Source: an uncultured Candidatus Saccharibacteria bacterium
Lineage (GTDB): Bacteria; Patescibacteriota; Minisyncoccia; Phycocordibacterales; JACOZG01
Assembly (NCBI GenBank): GCA_964648765.1
Contig: CAZYLF010000001.1
Location: 229,797-293,796, forward strand
DNA: 64,000 nt
Direction of reading: 5' to 3'
Under the pieces are notes generated by a model that worked only from the letters and a program-made list of their open reading frames with translations, was not told where the DNA came from and ran no database searches. Each line of letters starts with the position of its first letter. Positions within the stretch are counted from its first letter, which is position 1. Of this stretch, positions 43,228 to 52,810 are shown in pieces. The position numbers and the translations under genes are program-made.

Positions 43228-44031
43228 ATGAGTGAACGAACAAAAAACTTTTTAGGTTGGGCAATTATCATCGCCGTGCTCGCCGTCGGCTTCTCTTCTG
43301 TTAGCTATGTACGATCGTTTGGCAAAACGATTCGCCCAGACTCTTTCCGTAGCTTTGCGGTAACAGGCGAGGGTAAAGCCGTTGGCATTCCGGATGTAGC
43401 AGAATTTAGCTTTACTGTGCTCACTGAGGGTGGCAAAGATATTGCTGCACTAAGGAAGACAAATGATGAAAAGTCTAATAAGGCAATTGAGTTCTTAAAA
43501 AAAGAGGGAGTAGAGAGTGCTGATATTAAAACAGCTAGTTATAATCTCTCACCTCGTTACCAAAATTCTACTTGTGGTTATTCAGCTGAAGCTGGAAGAC
43601 AAGTTTGCCCTCCACCAGAGATCGTTGGTTACTCAATCTCCAATACTGTAGAAGTAAAGATGAGAAAAGAGATGTTTAATAAAGTGGGCACTGTGCTCTC
43701 GGGCGTAGTTTCTGCCGGAGCCAATACCGTGTCACAACTTAGCTTCACCATGGATGATCCTACTGAGGTGGAGAACGAGGCTCGCGCTATGGCTATCACT
43801 AAAGCTGAGGCTAAGGCCAAAGCCATTGCTAAAGCCGGAGGTTTCTCAGTTGGCCGCTTGCTCGACATTAGCGAGGGAGGATTTACTCCTTACTATCGCG
43901 AGTCACTCTATGATCTAGATTCTAAAGTTATGAATATGGCCGGAGGAGTAGCCGCCAGCCCAGCCCCAACAATTGAACCCGGCTCCCGCGACGTGGTTGT
44001 AAGCGTTACTCTCCGCTACGAGATTGATTAA
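43228..44031 (+). CDS. SIMPL (DUF541) domain protein
   Basis: 'VTGEGKA..PDVA', 'DIKT.SYNL.P.Y', 'GAN.V..L.F', 'IEPG..V.V.VTL.Y'. Confidence 0.88.
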   Translation: MSERTKNFLGWAIIIAVLAVGFSSVSYVRSFGKTIRPDSFRSFAVTGEGKAVGIPDVAEFSFTVLTEGGKDIAALRKTNDEKSNKAIEFLKKEGVESADIKTASYNLSPRYQNSTCGYSAEAGRQVCPPPEIVGYSISNTVEVKMRKEMFNKVGTVLSGVVSAGANTVSQLSFTMDDPTEVENEARAMAITKAEAKAKAIAKAGGFSVGRLLDISEGGFTPYYRESLYDLDSKVMNMAGGVAASPAPTIEPGSRDVVVSVTLRYEID

Positions 44032-44032
44032 A

Positions 44033-44485
44033 TTAAACTAAGAGTTTTTCAGCAATAGACTTAACCATCATACCGTCAGCCTTACCCTTTAAGTCTTTCA
44101 TTAAAGCCGACATCAGCTTGCCTGAGTCGGCTTTTGTGGTGACACCAAGCTCTGCCATTTTGGCTTTCACCGCTTTCTCCACATCTGCCTCGCTCATCAT
44201 TGTTGGCAAATAAACTTCCACAAATTTAAGCTCGGCTTCTTCCACTTCCACAAGGTCGGTGCGGCCAGCTTCGCGGAATTGAGCAATAGAGTCTTTACGT
44301 TGTTTGGCACTGCGCTGAATGACTGCCATTGTGTCTTCGTCGCTCAACCAGTCGGTGGGCATTTTGCCTTTGGATACTAATTCATTGGTGAAGGCGGTTA
44401 CCAATCCGCGCACCACGCCCAACTTGACGCTATTTTTCTCCATCATTGCTTGTTTAATTTCCCCTTTGATTTGTTCGTGTAGCAT
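44033..44485 (-). CDS. GatB/YqeY domain protein
   Basis: 'KQRKDSIAQF..AGR.DL...E..E...YLP'; start ATG 44485. Confidence 0.9.
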   Translation of the reverse strand: MLHEQIKGEIKQAMMEKNSVKLGVVRGLVTAFTNELVSKGKMPTDWLSDEDTMAVIQRSAKQRKDSIAQFREAGRTDLVEVEEAELKFVEVYLPTMMSEADVEKAVKAKMAELGVTTKADSGKLMSALMKDLKGKADGMMVKSIAEKLLV

Positions 44486-44554
44486 AGTGCGAAGATTATA
44501 ACAAAAAAACACCCCAGGCAAAAGGGGTGCTGAACGAGCGGTTCCTCCTGTGCT

Positions 44555-44752
44555 TTAAGGTTTTGGAGCGTCAATTGCCCTTGTTAGTTTCTCCACAAAG
44601 ACTCGGGGATTAACTCTGCCACTGGCGAGTTCTGAGGACTCCAACATCGCCATCATTATTTCTGGAGATAAAATCAAAACCTTTCCACCAAAAAGGGCAG
44701 ATGTGTCGCAGATAACAAGTGGTTCTTGTTTCTGATCATTTCCGTTAACCAT
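44555..44752 (-). CDS. Small hypothetical protein
   Basis: 65-aa ORF with AAGGA SD and a downstream hairpin (44510-44529). Confidence 0.45.
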   Translation of the reverse strand: MVNGNDQKQEPLVICDTSALFGGKVLILSPEIMMAMLESSELASGRVNPRVFVEKLTRAIDAPKP

Positions 44753-44851
44753 TAAAGTTTCCTTAAAAAAGAACCAAGGTTTGATAACTAACCAAAAGCT
44801 ACCACAGCAAACTCTTATCAGTCAACCTTAATTACGGGCTATAATAATGAT

Positions 44852-47791
44852 GTGAGCAAAGGTAAATTCAATCAACTTTTTAAACAGCTTAATCCAGCGC
44901 AGGCGCAAGCGGTGGAGGCGATTGATGGTCCCGTGATGGTGATCGCGGGCCCCGGCACGGGTAAAACCCAGATTCTTACTCTGCGGATCGCCAACATTTT
45001 ACTTAAAACCGACACGCCGCCAGACGCTGTGCTCGCGCTTACCTTTACACGCTCGGGTGTGCACTCAATGCGAAAGCGTTTGGTGGAGATTATTGGCTCG
45101 GCTGGTTACCGCGTAGCCATTCACACCTTCCATGGTTTTTGTAATAACATCATCCGTGATTACGCTGAAGAATTCCCACGCATTATTGGTTCGGCCCAAG
45201 CTACGATTATTGATCAAGTAAAAATCTTACGCGAGATTATTCACCCCGCCAAGGGCGGGGTTGATACTCTAAAGCTCAATGTGCTCAAACCTTACGGCAA
45301 TCCGTATTATCACCTCGTCTCAATTTTGGGCGAGATTGAGAGATTTAAACGCGAGAACGTTTCGCCGGCTGATTTACTTCGACTTCTGAAAGCCAACGAG
45401 AAGCATTTTAAGGAGAACACCCCCGATCTTTATTATGAGAAAGGCGCTCGGGCTGGCCAGATGCGCGGTAAGTATCGGGCGATGGTCAAGAGTTTGGCTA
45501 AGAATCTTGAGCTTTACCAAGTTTATAAAAAGTATGAGGAAGCGCTCCGCGATCGTAAACTCTACGACTTCGGCGACATGGTGATGGAAGTGTTGCGTGA
45601 ACTTCGCGAGAATAAAGATTTATTGTTGACGCTGCAAGAAGAATATCAATATCTCTTGGCAGATGAACATCAAGATGCCAACCAAGCGCAGAATGAATTA
45701 TTGAAATTATTGGCTTCATATTACGACGAGCCGAACCTTTTTATTGTAGGTGATGACAAGCAAGCTATTTTCCAATTCCAAGGCGCGTCGCTTGATAACT
45801 TTAATTATTTTAAAAAGTTATTTCCAACTGCTAAATTAATTGTGCTTACGGACAATTACCGTTCGACCCAAACAATCCTTGATGCCGCTCACAGCTTAAT
45901 TCAGGCCGACAGCGCGCTTTCAGCTGAAACGCGCGGCATACTTTTGGCAAAAAATAAAATAAAAGGCGAGATTAAGAAAGCTAAATTATTAGCTTTCAGT
46001 ACTCTGGAGCAGGAGGTTAATTATTTAATTGGTGAGGCAAGAGAAAGGTTAAAAAACGATCAAGAATCGGTGGCGATTATTTATCGTGATAATGCCGACG
46101 CGCGGCCGCTGGTGGCGGCCCTTGAACGCGCCGGGTTAGCTTTTACGCTGTATGCCGAAGAAAGTTTATTTGCCGATCGAGATATTGCTAAATTACTGAC
46201 TTTGCTCCGCGCGGTGAGCGACTTCGGCGACGAAACATATTTGGCGGCCAGTCTTCAGCTCGATTTTATTGGCTTACCGCTCAATATTATCTATGAACTT
46301 TTCCATCGGGCTAAAGAGGATAAGAAAAAGTTATTTCAAGTGATTGCGGAAAGTGAGGAGAAGAAAGTAAAAAAGTTTTACGATAATTACAGCGCCTGGC
46401 ATAAATTGGCGCAGAATGCCACGCTGATCAATTTTTTCGAAACGATAATTAAAGAGTCGGGCTTTGTGGACGATTTATTAAAAAAGCCTGAAGTGGCTGA
46501 TAAATTAAATAAGTTGCGCGGGCTGTTTGACTTGGTGAAAAATTTATCCGAGAAGCATCACGAGGCGCGGTTGGGTGAATTGGTAGAATATCTTGATCTG
46601 GCGATCGCGCATAATCTAAAAATTGGTGAAGCCTCACCGCTCTCGGGTGGTGGCGTGCAACTTCTAACGGCGCATAAATCTAAAGGTTTGGAGTTTGATC
46701 ACGTTTATATTATTAATTCGCGCGATGGCCATTGGGGGAACAGGCGCAAACGCTCGTTCTCAATTCCGCTGCGCGGGTTAGCTACTGTTGTTTCAGGCGA
46801 TGACAATGCCGACGAGAGGCGACTGTTTTATGTGGCGCTCACACGGGCTAAAAAGTCGGTGACGATTACTTATCCGGTCACTGGTGAAGCGGGGCAAAAT
46901 TATCTGCAAACGCAGTTTGTGGAGGAGATGAATAAAGAATTAATTGAAGTGGTGACACCGGAAGAAATAAAAAAAGAACCGGAATTTCTTACTCCGCGAC
47001 GTTACACGGGGCCGAAGTTTAGTGATAAGGAATATTTGAAGGATTTATTTTTAACTCAAGGTTTGTCGGTGACGGCACTTAACAACTACTTAGATTGCCC
47101 GTGGAAGTACTTCTTCCAAAATATGCTCAGGATGCCAGCGGCGAAAACGCGTTACTTAATTTATGGTACAGCCGTGCACGCTGGGCTTGCGACCTTCTTC
47201 GATAATTATAAAAATACGGAAAAGTTAGATAAAAAATTGCTTTTAAAAACTTTTGAAACTTCACTTGAATCTGAACCACTTTCACCAGGCGACTTTAAAA
47301 TTTTAAAAGAGAAGGGCGAGAAGTCTTTGGCTGGTTACTTTAAGCTATATCAGAAAGCTTGGCCCGTGCCGCTTTATAACGAATTCCAAGTGAAGGGGAT
47401 TAAGCTCACGCCGGAGATAAAGCTGAAAGGCGTGATTGATAAAATTGAACCGGGGTTAGATGACACCGTGCATGTGGTGGATTATAAAACTGGTAAGCCA
47501 AAGCCTCGAAGTGATAAAAATTATTTTCGGCAATTAGTTTTCTATAAAATTCTGCTGGAGAGATTCTCGGATAAATTTAAAGTAAATTCTGGCACGTTAG
47601 ATTATATTGAACCGAATGACCGAGGGATTTATAAAAAAGAAGAATTTGAATTAAAGACTGAAGATGCGGAAAAAGTGGTTGAACAAATTAAAAGTGTGGC
47701 CGAAGAAATCCTTACTCTCAAATTCTGGCGCACCCGCTGCGGCAAACCCGATTGCGAATTTTGCCGTCTCCGTAACGCGATGAAGGATTAG
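44852..47791 (+). CDS. UvrD/REP-family helicase fused to a C-terminal PD-(D/E)XK nuclease
   Basis: IAGPGTGKT, DEHQD, VGDDKQAIF, NYRS, HKSKGLEF, ERRLFYVALTRA; 'GVIDKI..VVDYKTG' and Cys cluster. Confidence 0.92.
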   Translation: MSKGKFNQLFKQLNPAQAQAVEAIDGPVMVIAGPGTGKTQILTLRIANILLKTDTPPDAVLALTFTRSGVHSMRKRLVEIIGSAGYRVAIHTFHGFCNNIIRDYAEEFPRIIGSAQATIIDQVKILREIIHPAKGGVDTLKLNVLKPYGNPYYHLVSILGEIERFKRENVSPADLLRLLKANEKHFKENTPDLYYEKGARAGQMRGKYRAMVKSLAKNLELYQVYKKYEEALRDRKLYDFGDMVMEVLRELRENKDLLLTLQEEYQYLLADEHQDANQAQNELLKLLASYYDEPNLFIVGDDKQAIFQFQGASLDNFNYFKKLFPTAKLIVLTDNYRSTQTILDAAHSLIQADSALSAETRGILLAKNKIKGEIKKAKLLAFSTLEQEVNYLIGEARERLKNDQESVAIIYRDNADARPLVAALERAGLAFTLYAEESLFADRDIAKLLTLLRAVSDFGDETYLAASLQLDFIGLPLNIIYELFHRAKEDKKKLFQVIAESEEKKVKKFYDNYSAWHKLAQNATLINFFETIIKESGFVDDLLKKPEVADKLNKLRGLFDLVKNLSEKHHEARLGELVEYLDLAIAHNLKIGEASPLSGGGVQLLTAHKSKGLEFDHVYIINSRDGHWGNRRKRSFSIPLRGLATVVSGDDNADERRLFYVALTRAKKSVTITYPVTGEAGQNYLQTQFVEEMNKELIEVVTPEEIKKEPEFLTPRRYTGPKFSDKEYLKDLFLTQGLSVTALNNYLDCPWKYFFQNMLRMPAAKTRYLIYGTAVHAGLATFFDNYKNTEKLDKKLLLKTFETSLESEPLSPGDFKILKEKGEKSLAGYFKLYQKAWPVPLYNEFQVKGIKLTPEIKLKGVIDKIEPGLDDTVHVVDYKTGKPKPRSDKNYFRQLVFYKILLERFSDKFKVNSGTLDYIEPNDRGIYKKEEFELKTEDAEKVVEQIKSVAEEILTLKFWRTRCGKPDCEFCRLRNAMKD

Positions 47792-47792
47792 T

Positions 47793-48965
47793 TTACTTAG
47801 TATCTTTTAATCTCAAACTTTGGGTGAGGCCGAGAGCAACGATGATGGATAGGGCTACGAAGATAAAACGGTAGGGGAAGAAGATGAGGAAAATGGAGGC
47901 CAGCAGTGGGGCAATGGAGTGGGCAAGTGGCGCCATCAAACGCGAAGTTGAGAGCACGTCGAGATCGTTGCCATCGATTTTTTTAAATAAATAAGTCTCC
48001 TTCATAATCTCCACTGTGGCTGCTCCCACACGAGTGAGGAAGAGGATCAGCGCCCACACGACTACAATTTTTCCGGTAAAAAAAGCCACAGGCAAAGTGG
48101 CGAGTGCCATAATGGCGAGACCTGCTGTAAGCAACTCCTTTTCCCCCAGCCACTTATCTGCAATAAGCCCAAGCGGATAATCAAAGATTACAAAGGGGAT
48201 CAACATGATAGTTAAGATTTGCCCGATTGTGCCCCAATCAAAACCAAGATAAGTGTTGAGATAAAATGGTGCGTAAATCACCATTATTGAGTAAAAAAAG
48301 TTAAGTAAAAATTCAATAACTAAAATTCTTCTTAAGTTTATTTTGATACTCGTTCGCTCTCCACCAAAAATTTTTGTAAAAGTTTTAAGACTGAAGGGGT
48401 GTTGACCGTGCGTACTTACGCGCGGTGAGTGTGTTTGATAATAAATGGCGATCGCAAGTACTGGCAAGAGAGCAAGTGAGGAGGCGAGATAAACATTTTG
48501 ATAATTATTATTACCAACCAAAATTCCAGCCAAAAGCGGTGAGGCAAGCCACGCGGTGTTTACACAAGTCCAGTAAAGTCCCCGAATGCCACCAGTTTTA
48601 GAGTTTGAAGATGTTTGCTCGAGTAAGAGATCAAGGGTGAGACTCATCAAAATATTGCCGACAAAATAAACACTAAAAGCGCCCACAATAATAATTAAAT
48701 TTTTTGTGTGGCCAAAGGTAGCGAGCGTCACGAGTGAGGCGAGGCTAATTGTGCCTGCGTACAAAATAAATCTGGCCGGTCGGAAGCTCCTAATGAGCGG
48801 CGAGATAAAAAGTATGCCGAGTACGGCAAAAATTGAAGCAACGGTAAAGATTAAACCAACCCTTTTTTCGCCCACTGTGAGGGCTAAAAATGATGAGTTC
48901 ACATAGGCCGGCAAGGCGGCCGTGAGCGCAAGCCAAAAACCAGCTACATAAATTAACCAACGCAT
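47793..48965 (-). CDS. MFS transporter
   Basis: About 12 TM helices; 'GLIADKWLGEK'. Confidence 0.85.
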   Translation of the reverse strand: MRWLIYVAGFWLALTAALPAYVNSSFLALTVGEKRVGLIFTVASIFAVLGILFISPLIRSFRPARFILYAGTISLASLVTLATFGHTKNLIIIVGAFSVYFVGNILMSLTLDLLLEQTSSNSKTGGIRGLYWTCVNTAWLASPLLAGILVGNNNYQNVYLASSLALLPVLAIAIYYQTHSPRVSTHGQHPFSLKTFTKIFGGERTSIKINLRRILVIEFLLNFFYSIMVIYAPFYLNTYLGFDWGTIGQILTIMLIPFVIFDYPLGLIADKWLGEKELLTAGLAIMALATLPVAFFTGKIVVVWALILFLTRVGAATVEIMKETYLFKKIDGNDLDVLSTSRLMAPLAHSIAPLLASIFLIFFPYRFIFVALSIIVALGLTQSLRLKDTK

Positions 48966-48981
48966 TATTTTATTATAACCT

Positions 48982-50712
48982 CTAAACTTCGATCAAAACA
49001 GGTAAAACGATTGGTCGGTTGTTAGTCTTTTGGTAGAGATAGCGTCCAATATCTTCTCGTACCACGTTTTTAACATAGTCAAAGTTGATTGGATGCATTT
49101 TGGCTGTAGTTTCTTCAATCTTCTTTTTGGCTAAGATTCGCACTTGTCTTAAGAGGTCTTGAGATTCTTTAAGATAAATAAATCCTCGAGAAATAATGTC
49201 TGGTGACTTCACGATCTTACCCGTCTTAATGTCGATCAAAGCAATGATTACGAACATCCCTTCTTGGGCAAGCATCACGCGATCTTTAATCACCACATCC
49301 TTCACATTATTTTTACCCATACCGTCTACCATAATGAGGTTTGAGGAAACCTTTTCTTTAAGCATGTGGATTTTCTCACCGCCATCGGTGATGTCAATCA
49401 CTGAGCCGTTGTCGGGCACTACAATATGATTCGCAGGCATGCCAAGTTCCAGAGCCAATTCTTCATGCAGGCGGAGTTTGTGATGTGAGCCGTGGTTAGG
49501 GATAAAGAATTTAGGTTTAACCTTTTTATGTAACCATTCAATTTCTCCGCGATTGCCGTGACCGGAGGAGTGGATATAAACTTCTGAAGTTCGGTAGCTC
49601 ACAATCTTCGCACCTTGTCGGGCAATATTATCTTTTAGTTTTTGTACGGTGATTTCGTTGCCAGGGATAATAGATGAAGAAAGGAGTACGGTGTCACCTT
49701 TTTTAAATCGTAAGAATTTATGAGTCTTATTCGACATTCTCATTAGTGCGGCAAATTCTTCACCTTGAGCGCCAGTGGCAAGCACCACAATTTTATCTTC
49801 TGGATAATTTCCGATTTCTTGAGTTGGGATTATCACGCCCTTACCCACAGTAAGTAAGCCAGCTTGTGTGGCCACTTCCACGTTAGTTTTCATGCTTCTG
49901 CCTTCAATTACCAATTTACGTCCGTAGCGTTCCACGGCGCCAATGATCTTGATCATACGCTCAAGCTGTGAGGCGAAGGTGCCGATAATTAATCGTCCTT
50001 TAATATTTTTAATTATCTCTTCAAGATTTCTGTTAGTTTCGCCTTCTGGTACGGAGAAGCCTGGATTCTCAATGTTGGTTGAGTCCGCCATTAAAAGCAG
50101 AACCTTCATCTCAGAAAAGATTTTGTAAGTATTTTCTTCAGCCTCGGTGGGTACGCCGTCTACTTTATCAAGATCGAGTTTAAAGTCGCTTGGATTAACA
50201 ATCGCGCCATAAGGAGTATCTATAACTACACCCATGGAGTCGGGGATAGTGTGAGTAACACCGAAAAAGCTAATTGGAATTTGCCCAGCTTTAATTTTAG
50301 TATCCTTTTCTACTTCAATAATATTGAGTGGTGGCAAGTGAGGGAATTCGGCCATGCGCTTCTTCACAAAGAGCGCGGTTAAATTACGAGTATAAAGTGG
50401 GGGATTTCCGATCCGATTCATTACATAAGGAATACCGCCAGTGTGGTCTAAGTGGCCGTGAGTAATAATCACCGCACGCACGCGCGACTTATTCTCCTCC
50501 AAGTAAGTGGTGTCGGGGATGAGGTAATCCACGCCAGGCATGTCGCTGGTAGGGAAGGCGAGACCAATATCAATCACCACAATATCTTCGCCGATTTCCA
50601 CAGCGGTCATATTTTTGCCAATTTCTTCCACACCTCCAAGCGGAATAATTCGGATATTACCTGCTTCTAATTTCGGCACTTTCTTTATTGGTTTTCGGTT
50701 ATCTTGAAACAT
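48982..50712 (-). CDS. rnj: Ribonuclease J
   Basis: PLGGVEEIGKN, THGHLDH, HTIPDS, TGAQGE, HSSGH, SRGF. Confidence 0.95.
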   Translation of the reverse strand: MFQDNRKPIKKVPKLEAGNIRIIPLGGVEEIGKNMTAVEIGEDIVVIDIGLAFPTSDMPGVDYLIPDTTYLEENKSRVRAVIITHGHLDHTGGIPYVMNRIGNPPLYTRNLTALFVKKRMAEFPHLPPLNIIEVEKDTKIKAGQIPISFFGVTHTIPDSMGVVIDTPYGAIVNPSDFKLDLDKVDGVPTEAEENTYKIFSEMKVLLLMADSTNIENPGFSVPEGETNRNLEEIIKNIKGRLIIGTFASQLERMIKIIGAVERYGRKLVIEGRSMKTNVEVATQAGLLTVGKGVIIPTQEIGNYPEDKIVVLATGAQGEEFAALMRMSNKTHKFLRFKKGDTVLLSSSIIPGNEITVQKLKDNIARQGAKIVSYRTSEVYIHSSGHGNRGEIEWLHKKVKPKFFIPNHGSHHKLRLHEELALELGMPANHIVVPDNGSVIDITDGGEKIHMLKEKVSSNLIMVDGMGKNNVKDVVIKDRVMLAQEGMFVIIALIDIKTGKIVKSPDIISRGFIYLKESQDLLRQVRILAKKKIEETTAKMHPINFDYVKNVVREDIGRYLYQKTNNRPIVLPVLIEV

Positions 50713-50737
50713 ATTTATTATTTATTAATTTTATTGA

Positions 50738-52471
50738 TTATTTTTTTGTGAAAAACCCCCAAACTTTTTCTGTTGTGATGTACCATTCATTAATGTTGGT
50801 AAAGCGTTCTGCTGCTAAATTAATTGGTGGTAAATCCTTATTTTTAATTTTGTCTGGTGCTAAATACATAAAGTATGGTTGATAGAGGAAGATGGCTGGA
50901 GTTTCTTTTATTATTTCTTCAGAAATCTCGGCTGACTTGGCTCGTCTGGCACTTGAGTCAGATAGCTTTCGGAGTTCTTCTAACTTTTTATCAACTGTGA
51001 GGTTGGTGTAAAGCGCGATGTTTGAGCCTGGGTCGAGACGTTGTGATGAATGCCAAAATGAGTAGGGGTCGGTATTGCGACCCAACACTTCACCAAAAAA
51101 TAAAGCTTCATATTGACGAGGACGAATTACGTTTTGGTTTAAGTCAGCAATTTCAAAAACTTTAAGTTCCACTTTAGCGCCAATTTCCCCCCAAGTTTTT
51201 TTGAGATTTTCTGCGACTTGCTTTAATTCTGGCACGTCGGATGTGGCCAAACTAAAACTCAAACTAGTGACTTCTTTAGCTTTGTTCGTTTTCTCCATTA
51301 CGCCAGTTTCTGCATTTGGCTTCCAGCCCGCATCGGTTAAAATTTCAATCGGTTTGCCAATTTTCGTGCTACTGGCATTTAGTTCAACACTTTCTGTACT
51401 GTTTTGTGGTGGATCAAAAATTAATAGTGGATCATACACAGCTTGGCCGTAACCTGCTAAAGTACTTTCGATAATTTGTTCACGATTTACCGCCGCATTT
51501 AAGGCGCGTCTTACTTCAGCGTTTGCAAAAAGTGGAGCATGATTTTGGTTAAAAAAGACAGCAAACATTCTTGGTAGTGGTACAGTAAGAATTTTAGCTC
51601 CATCGTCTTCTAACTTTTTGGCCAGGGTCGGTGAGAGACCGCTCACGTTCTCAACCTCGCCACTTTGATACGCTGTGAGCAGTTCAAGTTCATTTGGGTA
51701 AAATTTAACTCGGATGTTACTAATTTTGGCAGCCCCGAGAGTAAAGTTTTCAAACGGTTCTAATTCATAATATTCTGGCAAAGTTGAGGCTCCGCGACGG
51801 AACCTAATGTCGGTAACGAGGTAAGGTCCAGAACCAACTGCTTCAATATTTAGATCGCTGAAGGGGAAGGCCTCTGGTTCAATTTGCTCCCATAAATGTT
51901 TTGGCAAAATTCCGAGCGTGAGATTTTCTAAAAAGGCGTGATAAGGTTGCTTTAAAGTGAATGAGATTTTTCTATCACTTAACTTTTCAACTTTTACGCT
52001 TTCCCAAGTGGACCAACGAGGACTTTTCACCGTTGGATTTTGGATTCGGTTGATTGTAAAGATTACATCATCAGCAGTAATTGACTTTTTGTCGTGAAAG
52101 CGCAAATCATCTTTTAAAGTAATTGTGTAGGTGAGTCCGTCTGGGGAAACTTCGTAACCTTGGGCAAGATCGGGGACTAATTCGCCTTTGGCATTGAGTC
52201 GCATTAAGCCGGAGTATATGAGCATGCTCAGATCACGGTCCACATCAGACACAGCCAACACTGGGTTCACAAATCTTGGTGAACCAATTATCCCTTCCAC
52301 AAAACTTCCACCACGAGTTGGTACGCGATTTAAATAACTACCGTTTAAAATAAGTAGGAGGGCAATTACACTTCCAATTAAAATAATTACTCCCGCCACC
52401 ACTAAATACCATTGCTTGCGAGGCATAGTTTTAATAGCTAAATCAATTTCGGCTTGAGAGGGCCGTTTCAT
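50738..52471 (-). CDS. Peptide ABC transporter substrate-binding protein (family 5)
   Basis: 'IYSGL..PDLA..S.DG..YT..LK..FHD...TADDVIFT', 'GSGPY', 'FWHSSQ'. Confidence 0.9.
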   Translation of the reverse strand: MKRPSQAEIDLAIKTMPRKQWYLVVAGVIILIGSVIALLLILNGSYLNRVPTRGGSFVEGIIGSPRFVNPVLAVSDVDRDLSMLIYSGLMRLNAKGELVPDLAQGYEVSPDGLTYTITLKDDLRFHDKKSITADDVIFTINRIQNPTVKSPRWSTWESVKVEKLSDRKISFTLKQPYHAFLENLTLGILPKHLWEQIEPEAFPFSDLNIEAVGSGPYLVTDIRFRRGASTLPEYYELEPFENFTLGAAKISNIRVKFYPNELELLTAYQSGEVENVSGLSPTLAKKLEDDGAKILTVPLPRMFAVFFNQNHAPLFANAEVRRALNAAVNREQIIESTLAGYGQAVYDPLLIFDPPQNSTESVELNASSTKIGKPIEILTDAGWKPNAETGVMEKTNKAKEVTSLSFSLATSDVPELKQVAENLKKTWGEIGAKVELKVFEIADLNQNVIRPRQYEALFFGEVLGRNTDPYSFWHSSQRLDPGSNIALYTNLTVDKKLEELRKLSDSSARRAKSAEISEEIIKETPAIFLYQPYFMYLAPDKIKNKDLPPINLAAERFTNINEWYITTEKVWGFFTKK

Positions 52472-52482
52472 TAAATATAAAT

Positions 52483-52710
52483 TTAGAGAAACAAAGCGAT
52501 AATTGCGGACACGATGAAAAGAATTGCAACAATAATTGTGGCAATAAAGATGGTTCGTTCGATTCCGCGCTTGGTGTGGGCAAAGCTTGCGCTCGCACCA
52601 CCGAAGGCACTGCCGAGACTTGCTTCATTTTGCTGAATGAGCACTAGGGCAATGAGGACTACGGACAAACCTACTTGTATCCAAGGTAAAATACTCGCTA
52701 GCATTTCCAT
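52483..52710 (-). CDS. secG: Preprotein translocase subunit SecG
   Basis: 'LVLIQQ..ASLGSAFGG..TKRG.E'; two TMs. Confidence 0.9.
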   Translation of the reverse strand: MEMLASILPWIQVGLSVVLIALVLIQQNEASLGSAFGGASASFAHTKRGIERTIFIATIIVAILFIVSAIIALFL

Positions 52711-52810
52711 TAACGTACACTCTACCAAAAGTCAAAACGGAATGCAAACTGCATATTTATCCCCCGTTTTTTGTATTTATGTTGGTGTTTATTTGTTATA
52801 ATTTGTCATC

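Noticed and set aside
44852-47791. Helicase-nuclease fusion as a defence system
   Set aside because: The architecture matches ordinary AddA/AdnAB-like repair enzymes and it sits among housekeeping genes.
401-52628. Antisense or alternate-frame ORFs overlapping recognised genes (e.g. 401-817, 7931-8464, 25000-25614, 31186-31626)
   Set aside because: No motifs or initiation signals; explained by the coding strand.
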